Source: Candidatus Anstonellales archaeon (GTDB lineage Archaea; Micrarchaeota; Micrarchaeia; Anstonellales; J096). From it: DNA of 64,000 bases. How positions within the stretch are numbered: position 1 is the stretch's first letter; each line of letters opens with the position of its first letter. Below, in pieces: positions 47,209 through 57,322 of the stretch. The position numbers and the translations under genes are program-made. The stretch spans positions 218,704 through 282,703 of the forward strand of contig JAWAFD010000001.1 of the NCBI GenBank assembly GCA_038890745.1. Reading direction: 5' to 3'. The notes below the pieces were generated by a model that saw only the letters and a list, made by a program, of their open reading frames with translations, searched no databases and was not told where the DNA came from.

Positions 47209-48446
47209 AGGTATACATAGAAACCTATGGATGCACGCTGAATCAGGCTGAAAGCGATATGCTTGCCGGTCTTCTCAAGGCCGGCGGTTTTTCTTTAGTT
47301 TCCGATGAGCGCAATGCTGATGTTGTTGTTTTGAACACATGCACGGTTAAGCTCTCAACACAGAACAAGATCCTTGCGAGAATAAGAGAAATAAAAAAAC
47401 CGCTCGTTGTTGCCGGCTGTCTCTGGGTTTTGAAGGAAAAGATAAGAAGAGCAAACAAAAATACGGTTTTACTCTCCCCCTCTTCCATTCCGATGGTTGT
47501 AGACGCTGTTCGCGATGCGTACAACAAAAAATGGGCCGACTATTCCCTTGAGTTTGCAGAAAAAAACTTCTCCCCCCGGGAATACACGGCCCCCATACTC
47601 CGTGTTCCTATTCAGGAGGGGTGCGTAGGAAACTGCACATTCTGCCAGACAAAACTCGCCCGACCAAAGCTTGTAAGTTTTGATGAAAAATGGATATGCG
47701 AGCAGATAAAAAATGGAATAAAAAACGGCGCAAAAGAAATCCAGATTACCGGTATGGACGCCGGCGCGTATGGATTGGAAAGAAACACCAATCTAGTAGA
47801 ACTTTTGAGAAAAATAGTTCGTGTAGATGGAGAGTTTTTTGTTAGGTTGGGAATGGTAAACCCCCATCATGTTAAGAGGATGCTTTCGGATTTGATACAG
47901 ATTTATAAAAATAAAAAAATGTTTAAGTTTTTGCATGTGCCGGTGCAGACAGGAAGCGAAAAGGTTTGCAGAGAAATGAACCGGGGGCATACCGTAAAGG
48001 ATTTTGTTGAGGTTATAGGTGCTTTCAGAAATGAAATCCCGGATATCTCAATCGCAACGGATATTATCGTTGGTTACCCAACGGAGAGCGAGGAGGATTT
48101 TGAAAAAACCATCATGCTCCTCAAAAAAATCAAGCCGGATGTTGTCAACATATCAAAATTTACCCCAAGAGAAAAAACAAAAGCTGCGGGTCTGAGGCAG
48201 CTCCCGACAGAAACGATAAAAGAAAGAAGCGTTTTTCTCTCAAGGTTTGTAAGAAATTTAGTTTGGAAAAAAAATCAAAAATTTTTAGGAAAAAAACTGA
48301 AGGCTCTTATTACCGAGAAATTTGGGAAAGGGGTAAAAGGAAGAACGATGAACTATAGGCAGGTTTTTGTAAATAGAAAGATCCCCCTCGGAAAAATTAT
48401 TGAGGTGAGAATAAAATCCGCAACAAACACAACCCTTTTTGCATGA
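47205..48446 (+). CDS. tRNA t6A37 methylthiotransferase (MtaB/e-MtaB, radical SAM)
   Basis: ETYGC..N, NTCTVK, GCVGNCTFC, HVPVQTGS, C-terminal TRAM. Confidence 0.9.
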   Translation: MKVYIETYGCTLNQAESDMLAGLLKAGGFSLVSDERNADVVVLNTCTVKLSTQNKILARIREIKKPLVVAGCLWVLKEKIRRANKNTVLLSPSSIPMVVDAVRDAYNKKWADYSLEFAEKNFSPREYTAPILRVPIQEGCVGNCTFCQTKLARPKLVSFDEKWICEQIKNGIKNGAKEIQITGMDAGAYGLERNTNLVELLRKIVRVDGEFFVRLGMVNPHHVKRMLSDLIQIYKNKKMFKFLHVPVQTGSEKVCREMNRGHTVKDFVEVIGAFRNEIPDISIATDIIVGYPTESEEDFEKTIMLLKKIKPDVVNISKFTPREKTKAAGLRQLPTETIKERSVFLSRFVRNLVWKKNQKFLGKKLKALITEKFGKGVKGRTMNYRQVFVNRKIPLGKIIEVRIKSATNTTLFA

Positions 48447-48908
48447 CTATGTGTAAAGATAAACATCAACAATTACGGGTACTTCCTCACCACTCCTGAG
48501 GATTCCTGTCCCAACCCTCGTTATTTTTACAATCCTTTCAGTTTTTTTCATCAATGGATTTATACCAGCTTCCCATCTCTGCGCGCCGGCATACCCAACT
48601 CTAATCTCTATATAAACATCATACGGAGTATTATAAACCTCTCTCATCTTAGATGCTGCAAATGTCAACATATCAGGCCTTATCCTCTTGTCGTTCCATG
48701 AAACAGCAATCCCCCCTCTTGAAAGGTCAGGAGTAAAAACAGCATTGCTTATCCTTATCGCCTCTTTTTCCATGAATCCCTGCTCCTCAGCAAGGCTGGA
48801 TTTCAATGCGTTCCAATAACTGAAGAAAGCAAGTATTGTCATCAAAAATATTATTGTCGCAACCATGGCATCAAAGCTGAAATACTGTCCTTTTAGCACT
48901 CCTGCCAT
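48447..48908 (-). CDS. Class III signal peptide (pilin-like) protein
   Basis: LKGQ-YFSFD + hydrophobic helix. Confidence 0.7.
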   Translation of the reverse strand: MAGVLKGQYFSFDAMVATIIFLMTILAFFSYWNALKSSLAEEQGFMEKEAIRISNAVFTPDLSRGGIAVSWNDKRIRPDMLTFAASKMREVYNTPYDVYIEIRVGYAGAQRWEAGINPLMKKTERIVKITRVGTGILRSGEEVPVIVDVYLYT

Positions 48909-49336
48909 AGCACTACCTCCTGACCGTTGTTTGAGATCAAAACATCCTTATTCACATCTATCACATACCATCCCTTTTCTGTTGGTATGCACCCGCCTTT
49001 TACAATTTTTCCGCTGTATGTTGGATAGGGATAGGTCGTATTCCTTCCATCAAGAACGGTAAGATGCACCATCCCTTCCTGTATCTCCACTCTGTAAGGA
49101 ATTCCGTTTATGTCACTCCCTAAATTCATTCTATAACTAAACCCCTCCTCAGCACTTCCAACCAATGCGATAACATTCGCAACCCTCATCACCTTTTCTC
49201 GAGCAACCGCAGCATTCCTTCCTTCAAGCTCTATCTTTTCAACCAAACCTATGCCTACAGAGATTGCCATGAGCGCGAGGAGGAAAATTGCGGAATACGC
49301 AAAAAACTCCATTGCTATCTGTCCCTTCCTATCCAC
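48893..49336 (-). CDS. Class III signal peptide (pilin-like) protein
   Basis: RKGQ-IAME + hydrophobic helix. Confidence 0.75.
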   Translation of the reverse strand: MDRKGQIAMEFFAYSAIFLLALMAISVGIGLVEKIELEGRNAAVAREKVMRVANVIALVGSAEEGFSYRMNLGSDINGIPYRVEIQEGMVHLTVLDGRNTTYPYPTYSGKIVKGGCIPTEKGWYVIDVNKDVLISNNGQEVVLWQEC

Positions 49337-49781
49337 TCACCCTCACCCCCATGAGCAAAACATACCCATACTCCCCCAAAAGTTTTCTTTCGCACTTTAT
49401 CTCTATCGGAACTACTCCTCTTCTTGTACTCCTAAAATTTTCTCCATAGTTTAGCAAAACAACAGTGTTGTTAGCATCGCTGAGAAGGACAGGATAGGAA
49501 TACTCATCCTCCCTTATTTTTACAACTGCCTCATTCTTGTTTATCTCTATGTGCTCAACATTATTCGGAATCTTTATAACAAGCGTTTTCTTCGCCGGGC
49601 AGGTCGCAAAAACCTCATTCACACCTTCCCCCAATTTTCTTGCGATCGCCCTTGCCTGCATCTCCTCCATGTTCTCAAGCTTCACAGAGGAATAGCTAAG
49701 CATCAAAAAAACTACTGGGATGGTGAGTACGAGAAAGATCCCAACCGTGATCAAAAGCTCGATGGATGCCTGTCCTTTCAT
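49329..49781 (-). CDS. Class III signal peptide (pilin-like) protein
   Basis: MKGQ-ASIE + hydrophobic helix. Confidence 0.78.
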   Translation of the reverse strand: MKGQASIELLITVGIFLVLTIPVVFLMLSYSSVKLENMEEMQARAIARKLGEGVNEVFATCPAKKTLVIKIPNNVEHIEINKNEAVVKIREDEYSYPVLLSDANNTVVLLNYGENFRSTRRGVVPIEIKCERKLLGEYGYVLLMGVRVSG

Positions 49782-51335
49782 CTACCCACCCGCCCCTAAT
49801 TCTTTTTCGCATCCAGCCCTCCCATCATTGCACGCTATCTCATCCATGTTGTACTCTCCTAAACTTTCTTCTGTTAAAGCAAAGTTTCCGATAGGCGTAT
49901 GTCCAGAGCACATCTCAAAACTCTTGCACCCCGGCATTCCCCTTACCTTTATTCCTTCCATTTCCTTAATAAATTCCCAGTCAATCCTGCTCCAGTTTCT
50001 TGCTTTTGAGTAAAGCTCTCCTCCGTAAACCTCTCCAACAACAAACCCCTCTATTCCATACTCGCTCGTTCTGTTTTCAGCATTCTCCAAAAACCTCTGC
50101 AAAAATGATGGCGCTTCTCCGTATGCTGGGAAGTAGTACCCGCATATTACTTCATCTCTGAGCATTTCAATATCATACACAAGTCCTTCACCGTGCCCAT
50201 TTACCTTCTCCTCTCCCCCGCTTCTTTCTACCTCTTCGGGTGTATGCTCGTTTACAAAAAGAACAGCGTACTTTCCATCCCCATCAGTATCGGCCATCTC
50301 TATGTAAAAATCAGGCGCAACTGCAAATGGTTTGTCTGTTTTAATATAATTTGAATTTATTTTTGCTTTGCATCCTTCCTTAGGGTCGTACAAAACTGCA
50401 TTGAAAACATACATCTCATTGTATTTCCCAGGGCAATTCCCGGATGCTTGGGTATCGATTGAGTTCGTTAAAACATACCCTCCAAACTCATCCAATATCC
50501 CCTGATCTTCGAGCAACTCAAAATCGCTGTAATCCCCAACAACAATATACTTCCATCTTTCAGTTTCATTCACTTCTTCTGTTTTGTTCGCTTTTCTCGC
50601 GCTTACAAGCGGGCCATAAAACCATCCCTGTCCGTGTGTAGCATAAGTTAGGATTTTTGGATTCTGCGGAGGATAGGGAGCAAACCATATCTGTCTGCTC
50701 GCGTTATCAAACCCGTGTTTTCTTAGCCATCTCAAAACCATCGGGTCATCCATCCCTTCTATCTCAAGCGTTCTGTGTATTCTGTATACTTTATCTAACC
50801 GTGCTCCTTTTCCTGATATGTTCAGCAAAATAACAGCCTCAACATTCAGCTTGTTGTACTCTGTTTGCGAAATATTTACATAAGATACGTTGAATGCTTC
50901 GAGCTTCATTCCTGTTTTTTCTAAACTCTCCTTCAACTTCGCGCCAAGCCCATCAAATGTATAGTCCCCCTTTTCCTCTTCGTTGTACAAAAGGGCACTT
51001 CCTGCGAAATGCCCTCTTTTTGACTCTCCGCTCTGAACAAGCTCCCTAAAAACCTCTCTGAAATGCTCGAGCTCATCTTTCTCACCTGCTTTGATGGGTT
51101 CTTCAGCAGTGTGGTTTATCATTTTGTATATTGCATAGTATGAATATATATCCACAATTTCGTTCATGGTTTCATTGCTCAACTGAGCAAGTACAATATC
51201 ATATGTTGCAATCTTTATCGTTTCTTCATACCCCTTCCCGCTCTCATCTATCGCTCTCGTGTATGCCTGCAGGGACATGGCAACATAAACAAGAAGAATG
51301 AAAATCCCGAGGACAAAAAAGAACCCTTTTTTCAT
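49782..51335 (-). CDS. Large pilin-like/adhesin protein with class III-like signal
   Basis: MKKG-FFF + hydrophobic helix; Cys-containing ectodomain; APSFLQRFLE, SRIDW. Confidence 0.65.
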   Translation of the reverse strand: MKKGFFFVLGIFILLVYVAMSLQAYTRAIDESGKGYEETIKIATYDIVLAQLSNETMNEIVDIYSYYAIYKMINHTAEEPIKAGEKDELEHFREVFRELVQSGESKRGHFAGSALLYNEEEKGDYTFDGLGAKLKESLEKTGMKLEAFNVSYVNISQTEYNKLNVEAVILLNISGKGARLDKVYRIHRTLEIEGMDDPMVLRWLRKHGFDNASRQIWFAPYPPQNPKILTYATHGQGWFYGPLVSARKANKTEEVNETERWKYIVVGDYSDFELLEDQGILDEFGGYVLTNSIDTQASGNCPGKYNEMYVFNAVLYDPKEGCKAKINSNYIKTDKPFAVAPDFYIEMADTDGDGKYAVLFVNEHTPEEVERSGGEEKVNGHGEGLVYDIEMLRDEVICGYYFPAYGEAPSFLQRFLENAENRTSEYGIEGFVVGEVYGGELYSKARNWSRIDWEFIKEMEGIKVRGMPGCKSFEMCSGHTPIGNFALTEESLGEYNMDEIACNDGRAGCEKELGAGG

Positions 51336-51826
51336 ATGAACACCGTAAGCTTCACGGTTGAGGTGTATACTTTCCCCGGGTTGTAGTTTGAAGGTAGCGG
51401 TTCGCATGGCACCATCGTTCCTTTGCATGTTTTATACCTATACCAGTTTTCCCCTTTATCCCGCGGCTCTTCTGCGCCCACAACAACCGCAACAGAGCTC
51501 GCTTTGACTTTTCTATACTCCCCTCTGCTTGCGATCACCTTCCCATCCACTTCTAGCTCATACCCATACTGTGCTGGAATGAGCGAGTCGAGTATTCCGG
51601 TTCCACCCTCCTCCTTTATTATCGCATCAAGATAACTATTTCCTAGGGCGGTATCTGTGGTTATGAGCGTTTTCAGTGTATCCGTGGCCAAAGCTTTGCA
51701 TTGGTATAGAATTGGGTAGTATGCGGTTGGAATGGAGTAGAAATATATAAGGAGATTTATCGCAAGGGTTGCAATTGTTAAAGCAACAAAAGCATCCAAG
51801 GAATAAACAAAAGCCTTTTTCATCAT
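51332..51826 (-). CDS. Class III signal peptide (pilin-like) protein
   Basis: MKKA-FVYSLDA + hydrophobic helix. Confidence 0.7.
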   Translation of the reverse strand: MMKKAFVYSLDAFVALTIATLAINLLIYFYSIPTAYYPILYQCKALATDTLKTLITTDTALGNSYLDAIIKEEGGTGILDSLIPAQYGYELEVDGKVIASRGEYRKVKASSVAVVVGAEEPRDKGENWYRYKTCKGTMVPCEPLPSNYNPGKVYTSTVKLTVFI

Positions 51827-51867
51827 TTATGTTTTGAAAAAAACATTTAATAAAGTTTGCCCATTTC

Positions 51868-52788
51868 TCATTTAAATTCAATGCTTATTTTCTTTTTTGC
51901 TATTTCATTTATCCCCTTCAAAAAACTTTCTCCAAAAATCCCACCCGAGTACTTGCTCGGGAACTCGATTTCGCAAACCGGTACCTCCTTCTCGTATTCT
52001 ATCCCCCCCATCTCCGCGGCTTTTTTCAGTGCATCCTCTTTGCTTCCCAGCTCATCCACAAGCCCATAAGAATACGCCTGCCTCCCGCTCATGATCCTTC
52101 CATCAAAAATCTCATTCATTCTCTCCTTATCAATCTTCTTCCCTCTATTCTCAATAACAACACCCTTGAATTCTTCGAAAGTTTCGTTTATTATGCTCTG
52201 CATAATTTCTCTCTCCTCATCGCTCATCGGCCTTTCAATGCTTCCAATATCCTTATGCTCGCCGCTTTTTATGCTCGTAAAATTTATTCCCAACATATCA
52301 AAAAGTTCTGAAAATTCAGCAACGGTTGCGATCACACCTATGCTCCCAGTGAGGGTGTTTGGGTCAGCAATTATGTAGTCCGCTCCGGATGCAACATAAT
52401 ACCCTCCGCTTGCCGCAACCTCCCTTAAATAAGCAACCTTAGGTTTCTTTAAATCTTTCACTGCAGAGTATACCTCCCTTGTTCCCACCACACTTCCGCC
52501 GGGGCTGTTCACCACAATCACAACAGCACCCACATCATCCCTCTTGTTCAATCCTTCTATAGTTTTTGCCATCTCCTCAGAACCTGGCTTTCCGATGGAA
52601 AATATTCCTGCCTCCTCACCCTCCACAGTTATTTCCCCATCTATGTTCACCACGCCGACGCATTTTCCGAAGATTCCCTTTCCGCTCAGTTGCGTAAAAA
52701 CAACTAAAAGCAGGAGCAAAAGCACAAACCCAAGCCCCAAAAACCCAACGATTACATACTTCCATCCGCTCAGATCACTTTTTTTCAT
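51868..52788 (-). CDS. sppA: Signal peptide peptidase SppA (S49)
   Basis: NSPGGS, AASGGYY, TGSIGV, KSGEHKD. Confidence 0.95.
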   Translation of the reverse strand: MKKSDLSGWKYVIVGFLGLGFVLLLLLLVVFTQLSGKGIFGKCVGVVNIDGEITVEGEEAGIFSIGKPGSEEMAKTIEGLNKRDDVGAVVIVVNSPGGSVVGTREVYSAVKDLKKPKVAYLREVAASGGYYVASGADYIIADPNTLTGSIGVIATVAEFSELFDMLGINFTSIKSGEHKDIGSIERPMSDEEREIMQSIINETFEEFKGVVIENRGKKIDKERMNEIFDGRIMSGRQAYSYGLVDELGSKEDALKKAAEMGGIEYEKEVPVCEIEFPSKYSGGIFGESFLKGINEIAKKKISIEFK

Positions 52789-52907
52789 TCAATCATCCTC
52801 AAAATTCTGAATTCGAAGAATTTTAAAGCAATCGTAATGTTTATAAACGTTTCTGTGCTTAAAAACCTCTCCATAACCAAAAAGTTTAAAAATTTTTAGG
52901 TGGTTCG

Positions 52908-53840
52908 ATGAAGGCAAAAAAGAAGGAAAAGAAAGAGGTTACGATTTGTCCGGAATGTGGAAGTAGTAGATTGATTAGAGATTACGAGAAAGGAGAGTTG
53001 ATATGCACAAACTGCGGTCTTATTATAGAGGAAAGCATTCAGGATATGGGCCCTGAGTGGAGGGCTTTTGATTCCGAACAAAAGAAGAAGAGGGCGAGGG
53101 GTGGCGCACCGACCACACTCATGAGGCCTAACAAAGGGCTTGTTACCGAGATAGATCAGTATAATAGGGATATTAGAGGGTCGAAGATAAGCCCAAAAAA
53201 ACAAGCCCAGTTGAGAAGGATGAGAAAATGGCACAAGAGGATAAGCATAGCTACTAGTATGGAGAGAAATCTTGCCATCGCTCTTGCCGAACTTGATAGG
53301 GTTGCTTCTTATCTAGGTCTTCCGGATAATGTTAAGGAAAGCGCGGCCCTGCTTTATAGAAGAGCGGTTAAAGAAGAGTTGATTAGGGGAAGGTTGATAG
53401 AAAGCGTCGTTGCAGCTGTTATATATGCGATATGCAGGGTAATGGGGATCCCGCGCACTCTTGATGAGATAAGCAGAGCGAGCGGGGTTGAGAAGAAGGA
53501 GATAGGTCGGGCTTACAGGTTTCTGAAAAGCCAGCTTGAAATAAAGGTTCCCCTCACAGACCCGAGCCAGTATGTTCCGAAATTTGCGGTTGCTCTTAAA
53601 TTGAGCACAGAGGTTCAGCAGGAGGCGACGAGTTTGATAAAAAAGGCCCTTAGAAAAGGTTTGATTTCTGGGAGAGGGCCTACAGGCGTTGCAGCCGCTG
53701 CGCTTTACATAGCATCTGCCCTAAAAGGAGAGAGAAGAACGCAGAAAGAGGTTGCGGACGTTGCCGGTGTTACAGAAGTAACCATAAGGAACAGATACAG
53801 AGAGTTGAAAAAAGAGCTTAAACTGAAAGTAAATCTCTAA
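52908..53840 (+). CDS. tfb: Transcription initiation factor IIB
   Basis: CPECG..CTNCG Zn ribbon, GPEWRAF, two cyclin repeats, VTEVTIRNRY. Confidence 0.98.
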   Translation: MKAKKKEKKEVTICPECGSSRLIRDYEKGELICTNCGLIIEESIQDMGPEWRAFDSEQKKKRARGGAPTTLMRPNKGLVTEIDQYNRDIRGSKISPKKQAQLRRMRKWHKRISIATSMERNLAIALAELDRVASYLGLPDNVKESAALLYRRAVKEELIRGRLIESVVAAVIYAICRVMGIPRTLDEISRASGVEKKEIGRAYRFLKSQLEIKVPLTDPSQYVPKFAVALKLSTEVQQEATSLIKKALRKGLISGRGPTGVAAAALYIASALKGERRTQKEVADVAGVTEVTIRNRYRELKKELKLKVNL

Positions 53841-53855
53841 TTTTTCTTTTTTATT

Positions 53856-53928
53856 TGAGCCCGCCAGGAATTGAACCTGGGATCTCCGCTGTGTGAGAGC
53901 GGCGTCTTAACCTCTCGACTACGGGCTC
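53856..53928 (-). tRNA. tRNA-Val(CAC)
   Basis: Reverse complement GAGCCCG...CCGCT CTCACAC AGCGG...CCAGG TTCAATT CCTGG CGGGCTC A. Confidence 0.95.
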
Positions 53929-53993
53929 TGGATTTAAATAAACCTTCCGCAAGGATTAAAAACATATTCACTTACATCCATCTCGGTGTTTGG

Positions 53994-54188
53994 ATGGAAA
54001 CAAAAATTATCGTCTTGGCTTTAGCATTTGTCCTTCTTTTTGGAATGGCAGTTGTGCAGGCATACAGCGATTATGATTGGGAGGACGACTGGGACAGCTC
54101 TGACTATGACTATGGTTATTCCTGCTGCGGGCCGAGCTTTTTAATATTGGCGCTCGGGTTGGGTTTGGTTTCACAAAAACATTTTTAA
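53994..54188 (+). CDS. 64-aa exported acidic/aromatic peptide with CGP-CTERM-like anchor
   Basis: Signal peptide ending VQA; YSDYDWEDDWDSSDYDYGYS; CCGP + TM + KHF. Confidence 0.65.
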   Translation: METKIIVLALAFVLLFGMAVVQAYSDYDWEDDWDSSDYDYGYSCCGPSFLILALGLGLVSQKHF

Positions 54189-54213
54189 ACCTTATCTAAC
54201 ACAAATATAAAAT

Positions 54214-54804
54214 ATGGTAAAAGATGGGTGTATGCGAAACGGGCGATTGAGGTACGAGGAGTTGAAGGCTTACGCTTTAAATGGAGTATGTAAATGGTCC
54301 AGTGAAGAGAGAAGACAAATCTTCTCCTGGGTCTATGGTATGATTGAAGAGATACAAAATACTTATAATACGAGTAATGGGAATGGATTTGATAAACTAA
54401 ACGGTGTTTTTGAAAATAAACTGGAGTCCCTTCGATCCCAAGGGATAGCCCAAGCAAAAAAACTCTCCCTTATAGCTATTTTAGATGAAAGCCCAGTAGT
54501 AAGAAGGGTTGCTGTTGTGCTTCTTCTCGGTCTTGCGACTAAGATAACGAATTCTGAAAAAAACCCAGAACGTGAAGAGATTCAGCTCGCTCATGATATA
54601 TTTCGTTTCGTTATATCCTACGTGCAAGATTCCGAGATTGCAAGAGTACAGCAGGATTGTAGTTTGCTAAATTTCATATTAAAGAAAAGTGAGGCATATC
54701 GTTCAGTGATACTAACGCTAACGAACCTTCACGCTCAACCTGAAGAACCAATTTCCGTTAAGGATTGGGACTCGATGATTCAGAAACAAAACTCTGTAAA
54801 TTAA
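54214..54804 (+). CDS. Hypothetical protein
   Basis: 196-aa ORF filling the gap; no motif recognised. Confidence 0.5.
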   Translation: MVKDGCMRNGRLRYEELKAYALNGVCKWSSEERRQIFSWVYGMIEEIQNTYNTSNGNGFDKLNGVFENKLESLRSQGIAQAKKLSLIAILDESPVVRRVAVVLLLGLATKITNSEKNPEREEIQLAHDIFRFVISYVQDSEIARVQQDCSLLNFILKKSEAYRSVILTLTNLHAQPEEPISVKDWDSMIQKQNSVN

Positions 54805-54831
54805 AAACATCCCATCGCTATGCCATCTCCC

Positions 54832-55461
54832 CTATTTCAAAACCTTTCCTGTTTCGATATACCACAAGTATAGATCCAACTCACCAGGTTCTAATCCAGT
54901 CCTTTCCGCCAATTTTTTCAAAACACCTTCGATCTCAAAATATTTTTTTCGAGTGATTGCTTTGGGTTTTTTTATCATTCTATTTTTTACGAGTAAATCA
55001 ACAATATGGAAGTCAACTATTCCAAGGTCCATAAACCCTACATTCCTTAAAAAGTGGCTCGCCTCCTTATACCCTAACCCCTTAACATTTTTAACAAGCC
55101 ATTCCCTTGCTTCTCTTCCATCAGCAAAAGAAAAAACAATTTCCTTTATTTTTTTTGCAAATTTTTTTCTCGCCTCAACTATGAACTTCGCCCTAGTATT
55201 CGGAAACCTATGACCCAATTTTTTCAATTTCTTAGCAAGCGCCTTTTCACCCATTTTCAAAAATCCATCCCCGATTTCTTTTTGTATCCTTATCCCCCCT
55301 TCCGCTGAATAATTTGCAGTAAGAATGCAAAAACAAAGCTCGCTAAAAATTCTTTGCTTAGAGCTTTTTCCAGCTCGCTTGAATTCTTTTACTCTTTTAT
55401 CTATCAGCTTTTTTACTCTGCCTTTTCTCAATCTCTTTATTTTTTCCAGAATTTTTTTCAT
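54832..55461 (-). CDS. ogg: 8-oxoguanine DNA glycosylase/AP lyase (Ogg2 type)
   Basis: [46 protein letters not shown]. Confidence 0.94.
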   Translation of the reverse strand: MKKILEKIKRLRKGRVKKLIDKRVKEFKRAGKSSKQRIFSELCFCILTANYSAEGGIRIQKEIGDGFLKMGEKALAKKLKKLGHRFPNTRAKFIVEARKKFAKKIKEIVFSFADGREAREWLVKNVKGLGYKEASHFLRNVGFMDLGIVDFHIVDLLVKNRMIKKPKAITRKKYFEIEGVLKKLAERTGLEPGELDLYLWYIETGKVLK

Positions 55462-55847
55462 TCCATCTCTGCCTTCCAAAGCCCATGTATATTACAGTAT
55501 TCCCTCACCGTTGCAACATCTTCAATTTTTATTTTGAAATCTGCCTTTGGTTCCATCCCTGGTTTTAAGAATGCGATTTGCGAATACCCGCTCTTTGTGA
55601 TCACCTCAACCCATTCGATATAGTGCTTCTCTTCCATCGGGTGCGGAACAGACCCAACCCTTACCCTTATCCCCTGCTTGATTTTCTCAACAACAGGAAC
55701 ATGCTTTTCATTTCCAACATCTTGAGTTTTTTCTTTGAGGAGTTCCATCGGCTGTCCGCAGCACACCAGAGTACCAACCCCTGCGTGCATTACCTCAACT
55801 ATGTTTCCGCAAACATTACATCTATAAACCTGCAATCTTTCAGTCAT
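55458..55847 (-). CDS. dfx: Desulfoferrodoxin (2Fe superoxide reductase)
   Basis: CNVCGN...CCGQPM, EKHVP, HPM...HYIEW, CNIHG. Confidence 0.95.
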   Translation of the reverse strand: MTERLQVYRCNVCGNIVEVMHAGVGTLVCCGQPMELLKEKTQDVGNEKHVPVVEKIKQGIRVRVGSVPHPMEEKHYIEWVEVITKSGYSQIAFLKPGMEPKADFKIKIEDVATVREYCNIHGLWKAEME

Positions 55848-55888
55848 CCTCTCAACCTTTTCCGAGGGCTTTAGCCCCAGGTATCAAC

Positions 55889-56374
55889 CTAAAGTTCTTG
55901 AAGGAGATTCTCAAATCTCTGTTCGTGCTCCATCTCTTCTTTCATGATGTGGAGCATCAGCTCATATGTTATTTCATCCTTATCCTTCACCATATCCGCA
56001 ATTTTCTTATAAACATCTATCGCGCATCTTTCTCCCTTCACCCCTGCTTCAATCGCTTTTTTCACGTCCTCATTCGGGATTTCATAACCGCAGTTTGTTT
56101 TTGTATAATATTGTTTCGGGTCAACTATGGGTTTTCCTTCAAGCTGGATTATTCTCTCCGCAAGTTCTGTTGCATGCTCTAATTCTTCCTTTGCAATCTC
56201 CTCAAGTTCCTTTGCAGCAATCGCGGCCATTTTCCCCTTTATTATTTTTGCAGAGTTCCAGTACTGCAAATAGGCAAGCCATTCATCCGCCAAGGCTTTG
56301 TTCAGTTCCGCAACAACTTTGTCCGCTAAATTCCCAACTATTTCATGTGCTTTCTTACTCATAATCTCACCCAT
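55889..56374 (-). CDS. Ferritin-like DPS-like protein
   Basis: ALADEWLAY.QY, EELEHA, GERCAI, EMEHE. Confidence 0.9.
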   Translation of the reverse strand: MGEIMSKKAHEIVGNLADKVVAELNKALADEWLAYLQYWNSAKIIKGKMAAIAAKELEEIAKEELEHATELAERIIQLEGKPIVDPKQYYTKTNCGYEIPNEDVKKAIEAGVKGERCAIDVYKKIADMVKDKDEITYELMLHIMKEEMEHEQRFENLLQEL

Positions 56375-56421
56375 GATACTTACATAATAAAATTAAAAAA
56401 CCTATTGCAAGAACTCTCCCT

Positions 56422-56832
56422 ATGCCGAAGGATTTTTTGAATAAGAAAAACATACTTGCTGTTGTGGGCGCGAGCCGGGATAAGGAAAAGTTTGGGTACA
56501 AAATCTACAAAGCGGTTCTAAATGCCGGGTATAAAGTTTATCCAGTTAACCCAAATGCAAAGGAAATAGATGGAAATCCATGCTACCCATCGCTCGCTTC
56601 CCTTCCAAAAAAGCCGGATGTTGTGATTGCGGTTGTTCCGCCCAAGATCACAGAAAAGATTGTTGAGGAAATTGCAGAATTGAAAATAAAAAAAGTTTGG
56701 ATGCAGCCGGGCAGCGAATCTGAAAAGGCGATAGAATTCTGCAAAAATAACAGAATTAAAGTGGTTGCGTGGATGTGTTTTGTTGCTGATGGCCTTAAAG
56801 AAAATTTGGAAAAACTTGCATTTGGTTTATAA
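56422..56832 (+). CDS. CoA-binding protein (YccU-like)
   Basis: AVVGAS, YPVNP, VWMQPG. Confidence 0.9.
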   Translation: MPKDFLNKKNILAVVGASRDKEKFGYKIYKAVLNAGYKVYPVNPNAKEIDGNPCYPSLASLPKKPDVVIAVVPPKITEKIVEEIAELKIKKVWMQPGSESEKAIEFCKNNRIKVVAWMCFVADGLKENLEKLAFGL

Positions 56833-56854
56833 TTTTTTTCTTTCTATCTAAAAC

Positions 56855-57322
56855 ATGGAAAAACTATACTACCTTCTTTATCCCATGCGCGTCTGCCTCA
56901 TCACCTCTTCGTACAGCGGGAAGGACAACATAATGGCCGCTGCATGGGTTTATCCCCTTTCATTTGACCCTCCGCTGTTTGGGGTTTCTGTTTCAAAAAA
57001 ACGCTTCTCTTATGATTTGATAAAAAAAGGAAGTGCATTTGGGATAAACACATGCTCTCCTGATATGAAAGAGGCAGTTTTGGTTTGCGGAAGGAGAAGC
57101 GGAAAGGAGATCGATAAGTTTAAGGAGGCGAAGCTTACAAAAGAAAAGGGAAAATTTGTTCCACTCATAAAAGAAAGCCCTGCGAGTATAGAATGCGAAG
57201 TAATAAAAGAGATAGAAATGGGCGATCATGTTCTGTTTGTTGGGAGAGTAATAAATGTTTTGAAAAGAAAAGAGGGGAAAGGACTCTACCATGCAGGCGG
57301 GGATAACTTTTTAGAGATCTGA
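56855..57322 (+). CDS. Flavin reductase-like FMN-binding protein
   Basis: NIMAAAW, SFDPP, SGKEIDKF, GDHVLFVG. Confidence 0.9.
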   Translation: MEKLYYLLYPMRVCLITSSYSGKDNIMAAAWVYPLSFDPPLFGVSVSKKRFSYDLIKKGSAFGINTCSPDMKEAVLVCGRRSGKEIDKFKEAKLTKEKGKFVPLIKESPASIECEVIKEIEMGDHVLFVGRVINVLKRKEGKGLYHAGGDNFLEI

